Origin: Acidobacteriota bacterium
Lineage (GTDB): Bacteria > Acidobacteriota > Thermoanaerobaculia > Multivoradales > JAGPDF01
Assembly: GCA_039933785.1 (NCBI GenBank)
Contig: JBDTNL010000007.1
Location: forward strand, 5,466-69,465
Length of the DNA stretch: 64,000 bases
Reading direction: 5' to 3'
Shown in pieces: positions 47,429 to 56,649 of the stretch. The notes beneath the pieces were generated by a model. That model was not told where the DNA came from. It ran no database searches and saw nothing but the letters and a program-made list of their open reading frames with translations. The number at the start of each line of letters is the position of its first letter. Within the stretch, counting starts at the first letter, position 1. Position numbers and translations under genes: made by a program.

Positions 47429-48175
47429 CTAAAGGTCGAAGGTCGCGACCAGTGGCGCGTGGTCGCTGGTGCCGTAGTCGGCGTGGACGCGAGAACTCGT
47501 TGCCTTGCGCCCGAGTGCCTCGCTCGCCAGCACGTAGTCGATGCGCCAGCCGATGTTCTTCTGCCGGAGGCTCCTCCACGGAGCCCACCAGGTGAACAAG
47601 CCGTCGTTGTCGGGATCGAGCTCCCGTCCGACGTCTACCATGCCGGTGGCGAGGATCTCTCCCAGGAGAGAACGCTCCTCGGGACGCGCGCCGACTTGAC
47701 CAGGCTTCCGTTCCTTGGGATGGATGTCGCGCTCCGAGCGCGCCACGTTCAGGTCACCGCAGACGATGCGCATCGCCGGCGGACCGCCCAACCAGTCGCG
47801 CACGGCGCCGAGGAAGCGCATCTTGGCGTCGAAGTCCTTACCGCCATTCGGGACGTAGAGCGAGGCGAACTCGATCCCGGCCACCGTCGCGGTAAGCGCG
47901 CGGGTTTCGAAATCGAAGTCCGGATGCAGCCAGGCGGGCGGCTGCTCCGAAACGTCGCGCCGTACGCCAAGTGCGACACCCGAATAGCCGCCGGCCCCAT
48001 GCCAGGCTACGTGGTATCCCTCGAGCGCCAACAGCCCCTGGGGAATCTGCTCGGGCTTCGCCTTGATCTCCTGCAGGCAGAAGACCTCAGGCCGATGCGC
48101 GTCGAGCCACTCGCGGACCTGAGCTTCCCGAGCCCGGATGCCGTTTACGTTCCATGTCGCGACCGAAATCGTCAT
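47429..48175 (-). CDS. xthA: Exodeoxyribonuclease III
   Basis: MTISVATWNVNGIRAR..., LQE, GDLN, SDHAP motifs of the EEP AP-endonuclease family. Confidence 0.9.
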   Translation of the reverse strand: MTISVATWNVNGIRAREAQVREWLDAHRPEVFCLQEIKAKPEQIPQGLLALEGYHVAWHGAGGYSGVALGVRRDVSEQPPAWLHPDFDFETRALTATVAGIEFASLYVPNGGKDFDAKMRFLGAVRDWLGGPPAMRIVCGDLNVARSERDIHPKERKPGQVGARPEERSLLGEILATGMVDVGRELDPDNDGLFTWWAPWRSLRQKNIGWRIDYVLASEALGRKATSSRVHADYGTSDHAPLVATFDL

Positions 48176-48242
48176 GCGGGGAATGCTATGGCGGGAATGG
48201 GGTCGCGAGGCAGCACGCGACTACTCATATAAGCTAGTGCGC

Positions 48243-50372
48243 ATGCGCGCACACTTCAGTCAAACCGTCCGTATTCTGTCGCTTGCCAGCTTGATTGCTG
48301 TGTCCTCGCACGTTTCGAATGCCGCCTCCTTGCCGGGTGGATTCACCCAAGCGGTGCTGACTTCGGACCTCTCCAGCCCCACGGCCATGGCGCTCGCCCC
48401 GGACGGCCGGATCTTCGTCGCCGAGCAAGGCGGCGATCTGCGCGTGGTCAAGAACGGAGCGCTGCTCGCGGTGCCCTTCGTCTCGCTGCCGGTCAACTCG
48501 GACGGCGAGCGCGGCCTCCTCGGCGTCACCTTCGATCCGGGCTTCGCCAGCAACCATTTCGTCTACGTCTACTACACGTCGAACTCGCCGACTCTGCACA
48601 ACCGCGTGAGCCGCTTCATCGCCGGTGGTGATGTGGCCGCACCGGGCAGCGAGACTGTGATCTTCGATCTCGACGACCTCTCGGATGCCACCAATCACAA
48701 TGGCGGCGCCATCCATTTCGGCCCCGACGGCAAGCTCTATGTGGCCGCGGGCGAGAACGCCAACGGCGCGAACTCCCAGAGCCTCGCGACCGTACTCGGC
48801 AAGCTCCTGCGGCTGAACGCAGACGGCTCGGCGCCGAGCGACAATCCGTTTTTCGGCAGCACCACGGGCAAAAACCGCGCGATCTGGGCGATCGGCTTGC
48901 GCAATCCATATACCTTCAGCTTCCAGCCCGGCAGCGGCCGGTTGTTCATCAACGATGTCGGGCAGAGCACGTGGGAGGAAGTCAACGACGGCATCGCCGG
49001 CTCGAACTATGGCTGGCCGACCAGCGAGGGCGTTACGGCGAACCCCTCGTTCCGTTCCCCTTTGCTGGTCTACGACCACGGCCAGGGGTGCGCGATCACT
49101 GGCGGCACGTTCTACAATCCGGCGACGCAGCAGTTTCCCATCGGCTACGGCGGCAAATATTTCTACGCCGATTTCTGCGGCGGCTGGATTCATCGTTTCG
49201 ATCCCGCCACCCACGCGGTCTCGAGCTTTGCCACCGGCATCGACGGCCCGGTCGATCTATTGGTCGAGCCGTCAGGCGCGCTGCTCTACCTGGCGCACGG
49301 CTCGGGGTCGTTGGTTCGCGTCTCGTCTCGGTTGCCGAGCCCCGTCGGTGCCGGCCTCGGCCTGATCGGTTCCTACTTCGACAATCTCAGTCTCTCGGGT
49401 CCCTCGACGACGCGCCTGGATTCGCAGGTGAACTTCGACTGGGCGAATGGGATTCCTATCAAAGGCATCGACGGCGACACTTTCAGCGTGCGCTGGACCG
49501 GCCAAGTCCGGGCCAAAGTCTCGGGACCGCATACCTTCACTACTCGCAGTGACGACGGAGTCCGGCTGTGGGTGAACAACCGCAGGATCATCGATGACTG
49601 GACCGACCACTCGCCTCTGGAAGACCGCGGTGCGATCACTCTCGTTGCGGGTCAGCTCTACGACATCCGCCTGGAGTTCTACGAGGACTTTGGCACCGCG
49701 GTGATCCAGCTCTTCTGGAGCGCACCTGGCCTGCTGCGGCAGATCATTCCGCAGGCAAATCTGTTCCCCTATGCGTTGCTCTTGACCGGCGAGCCGCCGA
49801 CGACCGCGGCCGACGGCGCGATTCGCGATCGCCTGCTGCGCGACGGCATGGCGCCTGTGGTGGCCCGGGCCGCGACGGCGTCGGTGAACGATGCCAAGGG
49901 CAAGGCGCTGATCTTGTTGTCCTCGACAGTCGACCCCGCCACGGTGCGGGGGCGTTTCCGCACCACGCCTGTTCCTTTGTTCAGCTGGGAGCCCGGTTTG
50001 TTCGGTGACCTCGGCATGACCGGCTCGGTTGCCGGGTCCGACTTCGGTACCGTGCCGGCGCAGAACCGGTTGCAGATCACGGCCGCGGGTCGTGCATTGG
50101 CCGCGGGTCTGAGCGGAACGATTACGGTGGGCGCCGCACCCTCGGCTTTCTCCTTCGGCGTGCCGGGTACCGCGGCGCTGGTGGTCGCCCGCCAGGTCGG
50201 CGGCGCGGCACGTCCGGTGCTGTTCGCCTATGAACGAGGAGCGGCGATGCACGGACTCGCGGCGCCGGCCAGACGACTGGGACTGTTCCTGGGCAATACC
50301 ACGGCGGGGTTACTGACCGATCAGGGCTGGGCCTTGTTCGACGCCGCCGTGAAGTGGGCGGTGAAGAAGTAG
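48243..50372 (+). CDS. Secreted PQQ-dependent sugar (glucose/sorbosone) dehydrogenase-like beta-propeller fused to PA14 domain and C-terminal domain
   Basis: Signal MRAHFSQTVRILSLASLIAVSSHVSNA; GSDH motifs HNGGAIHFGPDGKLYVAAGE; PA14 stretch GSYFDN...FSVRWTGQV...VRLWVNNRRIIDDW...YDIRLEFYE. Confidence 0.7.
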   Translation: MRAHFSQTVRILSLASLIAVSSHVSNAASLPGGFTQAVLTSDLSSPTAMALAPDGRIFVAEQGGDLRVVKNGALLAVPFVSLPVNSDGERGLLGVTFDPGFASNHFVYVYYTSNSPTLHNRVSRFIAGGDVAAPGSETVIFDLDDLSDATNHNGGAIHFGPDGKLYVAAGENANGANSQSLATVLGKLLRLNADGSAPSDNPFFGSTTGKNRAIWAIGLRNPYTFSFQPGSGRLFINDVGQSTWEEVNDGIAGSNYGWPTSEGVTANPSFRSPLLVYDHGQGCAITGGTFYNPATQQFPIGYGGKYFYADFCGGWIHRFDPATHAVSSFATGIDGPVDLLVEPSGALLYLAHGSGSLVRVSSRLPSPVGAGLGLIGSYFDNLSLSGPSTTRLDSQVNFDWANGIPIKGIDGDTFSVRWTGQVRAKVSGPHTFTTRSDDGVRLWVNNRRIIDDWTDHSPLEDRGAITLVAGQLYDIRLEFYEDFGTAVIQLFWSAPGLLRQIIPQANLFPYALLLTGEPPTTAADGAIRDRLLRDGMAPVVARAATASVNDAKGKALILLSSTVDPATVRGRFRTTPVPLFSWEPGLFGDLGMTGSVAGSDFGTVPAQNRLQITAAGRALAAGLSGTITVGAAPSAFSFGVPGTAALVVARQVGGAARPVLFAYERGAAMHGLAAPARRLGLFLGNTTAGLLTDQGWALFDAAVKWAVKK

Positions 50373-50411
50373 CGCCGGCACGCGCCAGGAGCACAGCGGA
50401 CTCGCGGGCGC

Positions 50412-51719
50412 TTGCTACACTGGCCGCGCACCGTGCCTGAGCCTTCGCCTTCGTTTTCAGCGCTCGCCCCGCGGCCGCTCCCGATCGTCGTCGTGGGCGG
50501 GGGCGCCGCCGGCTTGATGGCCGCGATCCACGCGGGACGGATGTCCGCTGGACGGCGTCCGGTGCTTCTCCTCGAGCGCACCCGAGACGGTGGGCGCAAG
50601 ATCCTGGTCAGCGGAGGCGGACGCTGCAACGTGCTGCCCGCGGTCCTCGCGCCCGACCGGTTCGTCACCGCTTCGTCGCCGAACACGCTGCGCAAGATGC
50701 TCACCGCCTGGCCGCTGGCGGAGCAGCTTGCGTTCTTCGTCGATGAGGCGCGAGTGCCGCTCAAACTCGAGACCGAATCCGCCAAGTACTTTCCCCAGTC
50801 TGACAAAGCGCGCGACGTCCGCGAGGCACTCCTGCGGCTCGCGCACGAGGCCGCAGTGCGGATCCAATTCGAGGCCCGCTTGGTCGGTCTTGCTCGGGAT
50901 GGCGACAGCTGGCGGCTCGATCTCGAGAGCGGCGAGTCCTTGGCAGCGTCGGCGGTCATCGTTGCCAGCGGCGGAATGTCTCTTCCGGGCACCGGCAGCG
51001 ATGGCGGCGGTTTGGCGCTGTTGCAGGGCCTTGGGCACACGGTGGAGGCGACCTATCCGGCGCTCACCCCCCTGCTCGCCAATCCCCCTGTTCACGCCGG
51101 ACTGGCGGGCGTCTCTCGAGAGGTGACCTTGCGCGCGCCCGGCGCCGGGCCCAAGGGGCGACCATTGCTGGCGCGCGGCGGGTTCTTGTTCACCCATCGC
51201 GGCTACAGTGGTCCGGCAGTGCTCGATGTGTCGCACCTCGCGGTGACCACTCGCAACGCCGAATCGCCCCAACGGCTGGAAGTGCAGTGGACCGATGCCG
51301 ACGAGGCAACCTGGGATCAACGCCTGCATGCGAGCGGTGGTACGAGCTTCGTCGGCCCGCTGCTCGAGCGTCACCTCGAGAGTCGTCTTGCTGCACGCTT
51401 GCTCGAAGAGTGTGGCATCGATCCTCGCCTGTCGCTCGCGCGTCTGCGCCGCGAGGACCGGTTGAATCTCGCGGCCGCGCTGGCGAGGTATCCGCTGCCC
51501 TGGACCGGCGACGAGGGCTATGCCAAGGCCGAGGTCACCGGCGGCGGAGTGGCGCTCTCGGAGATCGACGCCCGCACGCTCGAGAGCCGGCTGCATCCGG
51601 GGCTCTTCCTCTGCGGCGAGCTTCTCGATGCCTTTGGACCGATCGGCGGCCACAACTTCGCCTGGGCGTGGGCCACTGGACGCGCAGCGGGAATCGCAGC
51701 GGGAGCGAAGTTTGTCTGA
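50412..51719 (+). CDS. FAD-dependent oxidoreductase, HI0933/BaiN-like (TIGR00275) family
   Basis: VVVGGGAAGLMAA dinucleotide motif; start uncertain (TTG 50412 or GTG 50433). Confidence 0.7.
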   Translation: MLHWPRTVPEPSPSFSALAPRPLPIVVVGGGAAGLMAAIHAGRMSAGRRPVLLLERTRDGGRKILVSGGGRCNVLPAVLAPDRFVTASSPNTLRKMLTAWPLAEQLAFFVDEARVPLKLETESAKYFPQSDKARDVREALLRLAHEAAVRIQFEARLVGLARDGDSWRLDLESGESLAASAVIVASGGMSLPGTGSDGGGLALLQGLGHTVEATYPALTPLLANPPVHAGLAGVSREVTLRAPGAGPKGRPLLARGGFLFTHRGYSGPAVLDVSHLAVTTRNAESPQRLEVQWTDADEATWDQRLHASGGTSFVGPLLERHLESRLAARLLEECGIDPRLSLARLRREDRLNLAAALARYPLPWTGDEGYAKAEVTGGGVALSEIDARTLESRLHPGLFLCGELLDAFGPIGGHNFAWAWATGRAAGIAAGAKFV

Positions 51720-51735
51720 GGCGATCGACGGCGCA

Positions 51736-52614
51736 GTGACGCTGGTCTGTCCGGTGCGTGGTTGCAGCGAGGCCTTGGTGAGCTACGGAGAGGGCGGCGA
51801 GGACTTGCGTTTTCAGTATCGAGCGTCAGCACCCGCGCGGTCACTACGCTGCTCGCGCGGGCACTCCTTCGATCGCGCCCGCAGCGGCTATTGGAATCTC
51901 CTGCAACCTCAAGATCGCCGATCGGTGGCACCGGGAGACCGCAAGGTCATGGCTCTAGCGCGTCGCCGTCTGTTCGCGGGCGGTTTGCAGGAACGGTTGG
52001 TCGAGGCCCTGTCCACGCGAGCGCGAGAGGCGATGCCTGCCTGTCGAGCCGTGCTCGATGTCGGGACTGGCGAAGGGTCGCTCGCGGTTGCGGTCGCCAG
52101 AGGCCTCGACTTGCACGGGGTCGACCTCTCGGCGCCCTCGATCGAGCTTGCCGCGCGCGCGTTCCCTGACGCCACGTGGGTGGTGGCGAACGCGGATCGC
52201 GCCCTGCCGTACGCCGCCGGTTCGTTTGACGTCGTGCTCTCCGTTGCAGCACGGCGGCCTGGGGCGGAGCTACGTCGTGTCCTGCGGCCCGCGGGGACGT
52301 TGCTCGTGGCGGTTCCGGGGCCCGCCGACCTGTCCGAGCTGCGGCAAGCGGTGCTCGGTGCGAGCGCGCCGCTCCCGGGCGCCGCCGCAGTCGCCGAGGA
52401 GCTCCGGCCGTGGTTTCAAACCCTGGCCGTCGAAGACGTCGAATGCCGGCTCGAGCTCGACCGGCAGGGCCTCGAGGACCTCTTGCTCTCGACGTATCGC
52501 GGCCAACGGGCGAGCTCGGCTGAAAAACGCGCCCGCCTCGACGGGCTCGAAGTGACCGCGGCGCAGCAGATCCTGGTCCTACGGCCTCGCCAGGAGAACT
52601 CGCCCCCCGGTTGA
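51736..52614 (+). CDS. rlmA: 23S rRNA (guanine-N1)-methyltransferase RlmA-like
   Basis: N-terminal Zn finger LVCPVRGC...LRCSRGHSFDRARSGYWNLL, SAM motif VLDVGTGEGS; GTG start inferred. Confidence 0.7.
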   Translation: MTLVCPVRGCSEALVSYGEGGEDLRFQYRASAPARSLRCSRGHSFDRARSGYWNLLQPQDRRSVAPGDRKVMALARRRLFAGGLQERLVEALSTRAREAMPACRAVLDVGTGEGSLAVAVARGLDLHGVDLSAPSIELAARAFPDATWVVANADRALPYAAGSFDVVLSVAARRPGAELRRVLRPAGTLLVAVPGPADLSELRQAVLGASAPLPGAAAVAEELRPWFQTLAVEDVECRLELDRQGLEDLLLSTYRGQRASSAEKRARLDGLEVTAAQQILVLRPRQENSPPG

Positions 52615-52661
52615 TTTCGTGACGCCCTGTGGCAGTATGACCAAAGCTTCGAGGTATCGCC

Positions 52662-53174
52662 ATGAGCGAAACAACCCCTGCTGAAGACTTCCGTCAGGCG
52701 ATCCACCTATGCCGCGCGGAGCGCTGGCGCGAAGGGCTCGAACTGCTGACCAAGGTCGCCCAGGTCGCCGAGCGCCGCGGCAACCTGCCCGGTCTCTACT
52801 ATTCGTATCTCGGCCGTGCCATGGCCCGGTGCCAGGGGCAGCGCGCCGAGGGACTCGAGCTTTGCAGGCACTCGGTGCGGATCCAGCCCGAGGAATCGGA
52901 CAACCATCTCAATCTGGCGTACGTGTACCTCTCGCTTGGGCGGCGCGCGAGCGCGGTCCTCGCCATGCACCGAGGCCTCGAGCTGCATCCGGCGAACGAG
53001 CGCCTGGTGGCGCTGCACGAGCGCCTGGGCTTCCGCCGCAAGCCCGCACTGCCCTTCGTCTCGCGTTCCAATCCGCTCAACGTGCTGGCAGGGCAGGCTC
53101 GGCACTGGTGGGTGAGCCGGCGCGAGGCGAGCCGTGTGCGCCGTGAGGAGGAGCAGGATCTGATCGGGGGCTGA
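52662..53174 (+). CDS. Small TPR-like repeat protein
   Basis: 170 aa, GAGGTA RBS, helical repeat composition. Confidence 0.5.
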   Translation: MSETTPAEDFRQAIHLCRAERWREGLELLTKVAQVAERRGNLPGLYYSYLGRAMARCQGQRAEGLELCRHSVRIQPEESDNHLNLAYVYLSLGRRASAVLAMHRGLELHPANERLVALHERLGFRRKPALPFVSRSNPLNVLAGQARHWWVSRREASRVRREEEQDLIGG

Positions 53175-53205
53175 TTCGCACGGGGGGCCGGGTGCCCGCG
53201 CTACG

Positions 53206-53616
53206 ATGCCTGATATGCGAGCCCCGCTGCGCGGCTCCAGCGGCCGGCGTCATGACGCTGCGTTCACGCTGGTCGAAGTTCTGATCGCGCTGCTGGTTCT
53301 CACGCTCTGCTTGTTTCTCGCCCTCGGCCTGCACCTCCAGCAAAGGCGGATCCTCTCGCGCCTGGCGGCTCAGGGCGAGGCCTTGCGTGCGCTCGAGGGA
53401 ACGATCGAAGCACTGCGCGCCGGCGCAATACCGCTCGAGTCGGAAACCGTGCCGGCGCCATTCGCTACCGACGCGCACGGACTGGTGGTCACGGTGGTGG
53501 TAACCGGAACGGACGTCTCCGCGTTGTTCGACGTCAAGGCCGAGGCCCGCTTTGTGGTCGCCGGAGAACCGCGCCGCCGTGGCCTCGAAACACTGATCTG
53601 GGCGCCGCCCCCGTGA
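53206..53616 (+). CDS. Prepilin-type N-terminal cleavage/methylation domain protein (minor pseudopilin/pilin-like)
   Basis: AAFTLVEVLIALLVL prepilin signal-anchor motif. Confidence 0.65.
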   Translation: MPDMRAPLRGSSGRRHDAAFTLVEVLIALLVLTLCLFLALGLHLQQRRILSRLAAQGEALRALEGTIEALRAGAIPLESETVPAPFATDAHGLVVTVVVTGTDVSALFDVKAEARFVVAGEPRRRGLETLIWAPPP

Positions 53617-54182
53617 CCACGCGGACACTTCGCCCAGTAAGGCCGGTAAGGCCGGCAGGGACTACCGCCGGGTTCGCACTCCTCGAGTTGGTGATCGGCA
53701 TACTGGTCGCGGCGCTTCTGCTGACGCTCGCCGCCCAGCTGCTCCGCGAGGTTCACCTGATCTTCGTCGACACGACGCGAGAAACCTGGGAGCCCGAGCC
53801 CCGGCTGGCCGCGGTTTTCCTCCGTCGCGATGTACATGCGGCGCTCGGCTTCGCGAGCGGCGCTTTCGGGTACTCGAGCGATCCGCTGGTCCTCTATGCC
53901 CAGGACTCGGCGCAGGTGAAATATCTCTTCGCGGATCGCCGGATTTACCGCGTGTTGACGGACGTTTTCGGTAGCGAAATCAGCCGCCAAGTCGTGCTCC
54001 AGCCCGCCGAGAGCTGGCGCTGGCGCGCGCTCTCGAGCGGCCTGCTCGAAATCGAATACGTGGTCGCGGAAAACACTTCCCGCAGCCTGCTGGCCGCCAA
54101 TCCGGAGCGTCTGCAGGCGAGCCTGCGCCCCCGAACGACGCATCTGCTGATCGGGCAGCGCCTGGGGCGTTCCGGATGGTGA
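53613..54182 (+). CDS. Prepilin-type domain protein (GspJ/PilW-like minor pseudopilin)
   Basis: GFALLELVIGILVAALL motif; GTG start overlapping previous stop. Confidence 0.65.
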   Translation: MTTRTLRPVRPVRPAGTTAGFALLELVIGILVAALLLTLAAQLLREVHLIFVDTTRETWEPEPRLAAVFLRRDVHAALGFASGAFGYSSDPLVLYAQDSAQVKYLFADRRIYRVLTDVFGSEISRQVVLQPAESWRWRALSSGLLEIEYVVAENTSRSLLAANPERLQASLRPRTTHLLIGQRLGRSGW

Positions 54183-54562
54183 GGGTCCGCGGCCGCCAAG
54201 GCGGCTATGCCCTCCTCACTGCGCTGGTCGTGCTTTTGCTGGTCGCCGAGGCGGCAACGTTGATCGGCGGCTCGCTGTCCGTGCGCATGCGAGTGGCGCG
54301 GGAAGATGCCGAGCGCGTGGAGCTCGACGTGCTTTCGGATGCCGCACTCGCCGATGCCCTGGCGCGGCTCGCTCAGGACCCCGACTTTCTCGGCTCTCCC
54401 GAACGCCCGTTGAGCGCGGGCGCCGTGTGGAGCGAGGTCACTCCCATCGGCAGCGGGCATTGGGAAATCCGCGCCGGCGCGGCGTTCAGCGGCGTCCGGC
54501 GCGTGGTCGAGGCGAGGGTCGCGGCGACCGAGGCGGGCCTCCGCGTCACCTCATGGCGTTGA
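54176..54562 (+). CDS. Pseudopilin-like protein (GspK/PilX-like N-terminus)
   Basis: GGYALLTALVVLLLV N-terminal hydrophobic segment; overlaps previous gene by 7 nt. Confidence 0.55.
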   Translation: MVRVRGRQGGYALLTALVVLLLVAEAATLIGGSLSVRMRVAREDAERVELDVLSDAALADALARLAQDPDFLGSPERPLSAGAVWSEVTPIGSGHWEIRAGAAFSGVRRVVEARVAATEAGLRVTSWR

Positions 54563-54568
54563 TTCGGG

Positions 54569-55846
54569 CTACATGGTCTCCAGCATCGATTTCGCCGAAG
54601 GAATGTCGGGGTCATTCGCCGGGGCGAGCTCGAGAAACTGCTTGAGCAGCTCCTTCGCCTTGGCGCTGTCGCCGAGGTTGGCGTACACCATACCCAGAAG
54701 ATAGTGGGCACGCGCATGCTTGGGGTCGAGCTCTAGAACCCTCTCGAACGTTGCCTTGGCGTCTTGGATGGCATTGGCGTTGAACTGCGTCACGCCCTGG
54801 TTGAAGAGCGCGGCTGGGCCCTGATCGGTCTTTGCCGCCTTGAGCGCCGCGTCGGCCTCCTTCGTTTTGACCTTGTCTCCGAGCCCCTTGAGCGACTCGT
54901 AGCGCACCGTCAGGCCCTCGAGGTTGCCGGGCTCGATCGCGAGCAGTCCCTCGGCCGCTGCGAGAGCGTCTTTGTAGTTGCGGCGCGATACGTAGATGCT
55001 GGCGAGAGCCGAATAGGCGGGGGCGAGTGTGCTGTCGGTCGCGATCGCGGTCTTCAGGCCGACGATGGCGTCGTCGACACGGCCGGTACGCGAAGCCTCC
55101 GCGGCGGCGTTGAATTGGCGCACGGCGATGTCCCGGGGAGACACCAGCGGCCGCATGGCCTCGAGCGCAGCCTTCGCCTTTTCGGTGTCGTGCATGCCCT
55201 CGTAGGCATCGTAGCGACCGGTCGCGACGTGCGCGTCCTTGGGGTCGAGCGCCGCCGCCCTATCGAGCGCCGCGGCCGCTTCGGAAAACTTCTTCTGATC
55301 CAGCCGCACGGCGCCGAGCGCCGCCCAGGCGGGCTCCAAGGTCGAGTCTTGCTCGGCGGCGGCGGCAAATTTCGTGGCCGCCGTCTCGAGGTCATTCGCC
55401 TGCAGCGCGGTGACCGCCTCGTTGTAGACCGTGATCGCGACGTTCTTGCCCTCGAGGGCCTTGATCTTGGCTTCGTCCTCGGGATTTGGCGCTTGCGCCT
55501 GTTGCGTCTGCAGATGCGGCAGCTGATAGCTGAGGTGCTTGGTGGCGCCGAGCTCGACCGGGAACTCCCCCTCGAACGGCGCGAAGCCTTCCTTCTCGAG
55601 CTTGATCGCATACTTGCGCGTCGCGTCGATGACCGTGGCGGTGAACTTGCCGTCGGCACCCGAGGTGTACCGTTTGTTGTACTTGAACTCCGGGCTGGTG
55701 ATGGTGACCGTGGCACCCGCGATCGGGGCATTGGCCTCGTCGACGATGGCGCCGATGATCCGTCCTTCGGAGCCGGCTTCGGCGCGCTGGACGAACAGCG
55801 CGGAGGCGAAGAGGAGGAGCGAGAGAATTTTGCGCGATGTGATCAT
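54569..55846 (-). CDS. Secreted carboxypeptidase-regulatory-like (CarbopepD_reg) domain plus TPR repeat protein
   Basis: AGGAG RBS, signal MITSRKILSLLLFASALFVQRAEA; GATVTITSPEFKYNKRYTSGADGKF; multiple TPRs. ORF-track N-terminal 96 codons are spurious. Confidence 0.75.
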   Translation of the reverse strand: MITSRKILSLLLFASALFVQRAEAGSEGRIIGAIVDEANAPIAGATVTITSPEFKYNKRYTSGADGKFTATVIDATRKYAIKLEKEGFAPFEGEFPVELGATKHLSYQLPHLQTQQAQAPNPEDEAKIKALEGKNVAITVYNEAVTALQANDLETAATKFAAAAEQDSTLEPAWAALGAVRLDQKKFSEAAAALDRAAALDPKDAHVATGRYDAYEGMHDTEKAKAALEAMRPLVSPRDIAVRQFNAAAEASRTGRVDDAIVGLKTAIATDSTLAPAYSALASIYVSRRNYKDALAAAEGLLAIEPGNLEGLTVRYESLKGLGDKVKTKEADAALKAAKTDQGPAALFNQGVTQFNANAIQDAKATFERVLELDPKHARAHYLLGMVYANLGDSAKAKELLKQFLELAPANDPDIPSAKSMLETM

Positions 55847-56124
55847 GGTGACTCCTGGTTGTGGAATTCGAAACGGACCCGAACGCGGCCGCCGTGCGCG
55901 TCGAACTGCTTCTCGACCGGCCGCGAGCCGCGTTCGAGGAGCTGCTCGGCGTAGAGCGCGACCCGCTGATTGAGCCGTGGCCATCCGAGGTCGCCCCGGG
56001 TGTGCCCGGCTTTCCAGATCAGCATCCGAGCACCCTCCCCGGGGCCTTCGGTGACGGTAGCCAGCGCAACCGGCTCGCGCCGCTCGCCCGACTGCTGGAT
56101 CGCGACCTCCAGATCGTCGCTCAT
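55843..56124 (-). CDS. Small XdhC/CoxI N-terminal-domain-like protein (93 aa)
   Basis: PVALATVTEGPGEGARMLIWKAGHTRGDLGW...VRVRFEF resembles XdhC_CoxI N-domain; ATGA overlap with downstream CarbopepD-TPR gene; strong GC3. Confidence 0.55.
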   Translation of the reverse strand: MSDDLEVAIQQSGERREPVALATVTEGPGEGARMLIWKAGHTRGDLGWPRLNQRVALYAEQLLERGSRPVEKQFDAHGGRVRVRFEFHNQESP

Positions 56125-56168
56125 CGAGGGTCAAGCCTAGCGCACCCGGCTGCGACTATGCTCCGGGC

Positions 56169-56555
56169 ATGTCGATCCGGATCGTCCAGCTGGGAACGCC
56201 TCGCGCCGTCGACGAAGGTCTGCGGTTAGGCACCGTGCGCCGCCCGCCCCGCGGTGTTCCGAAGAGCGAATTTGCTCGGCGGAACTATTACGACATCTGG
56301 CTGCCGCAGCTCTCACCGAGCGCAGGGCTGGTCCAGCAGGCGCTCCGTGCGGAGGACGCCGCCGAGTGGAAGCGCTTCGTACGTGCCTTTCGCGGCGAGA
56401 TGAAAGGAGGCGACGCGAGCCGTTTGCTCGATCTTCTGGCTGCGCTTTCGCAAACCACCAACTTCTCGCTCGGCTGCTATTGCGTCGACGAGCAGCACTG
56501 TCACCGCTCCGTCCTGCGCGCGCTCCTGATTGAACGGCACGCACGGCTCGCATGA
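56169..56555 (+). CDS. DUF488 family protein
   Basis: RIVQLGTPR...PRGVPKSEF...LSPSAGL...CYCVDEQHCHRSVL matches the DUF488 signature. Confidence 0.7.
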   Translation: MSIRIVQLGTPRAVDEGLRLGTVRRPPRGVPKSEFARRNYYDIWLPQLSPSAGLVQQALRAEDAAEWKRFVRAFRGEMKGGDASRLLDLLAALSQTTNFSLGCYCVDEQHCHRSVLRALLIERHARLA

Positions 56556-56649
56556 CTCGCGGCGTCTCGGGAAGCCCGCAACAGCCAGGATCAAGCGATC
56601 GCGGGGATCGCCTGGATCGGTGGCACGGCGACGGTCATCAGGTAGCGCT

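Noticed and set aside
46713-50420. Exact 11-mer TTGCTACACTG at 46713 and 50410, with a related CGCTACACTGG at 6730
   Set aside because: Exact 11-mer repeats are expected by chance many times in a 64-kb window on two strands. One copy is inside coding sequence. There is no consistent promoter geometry.
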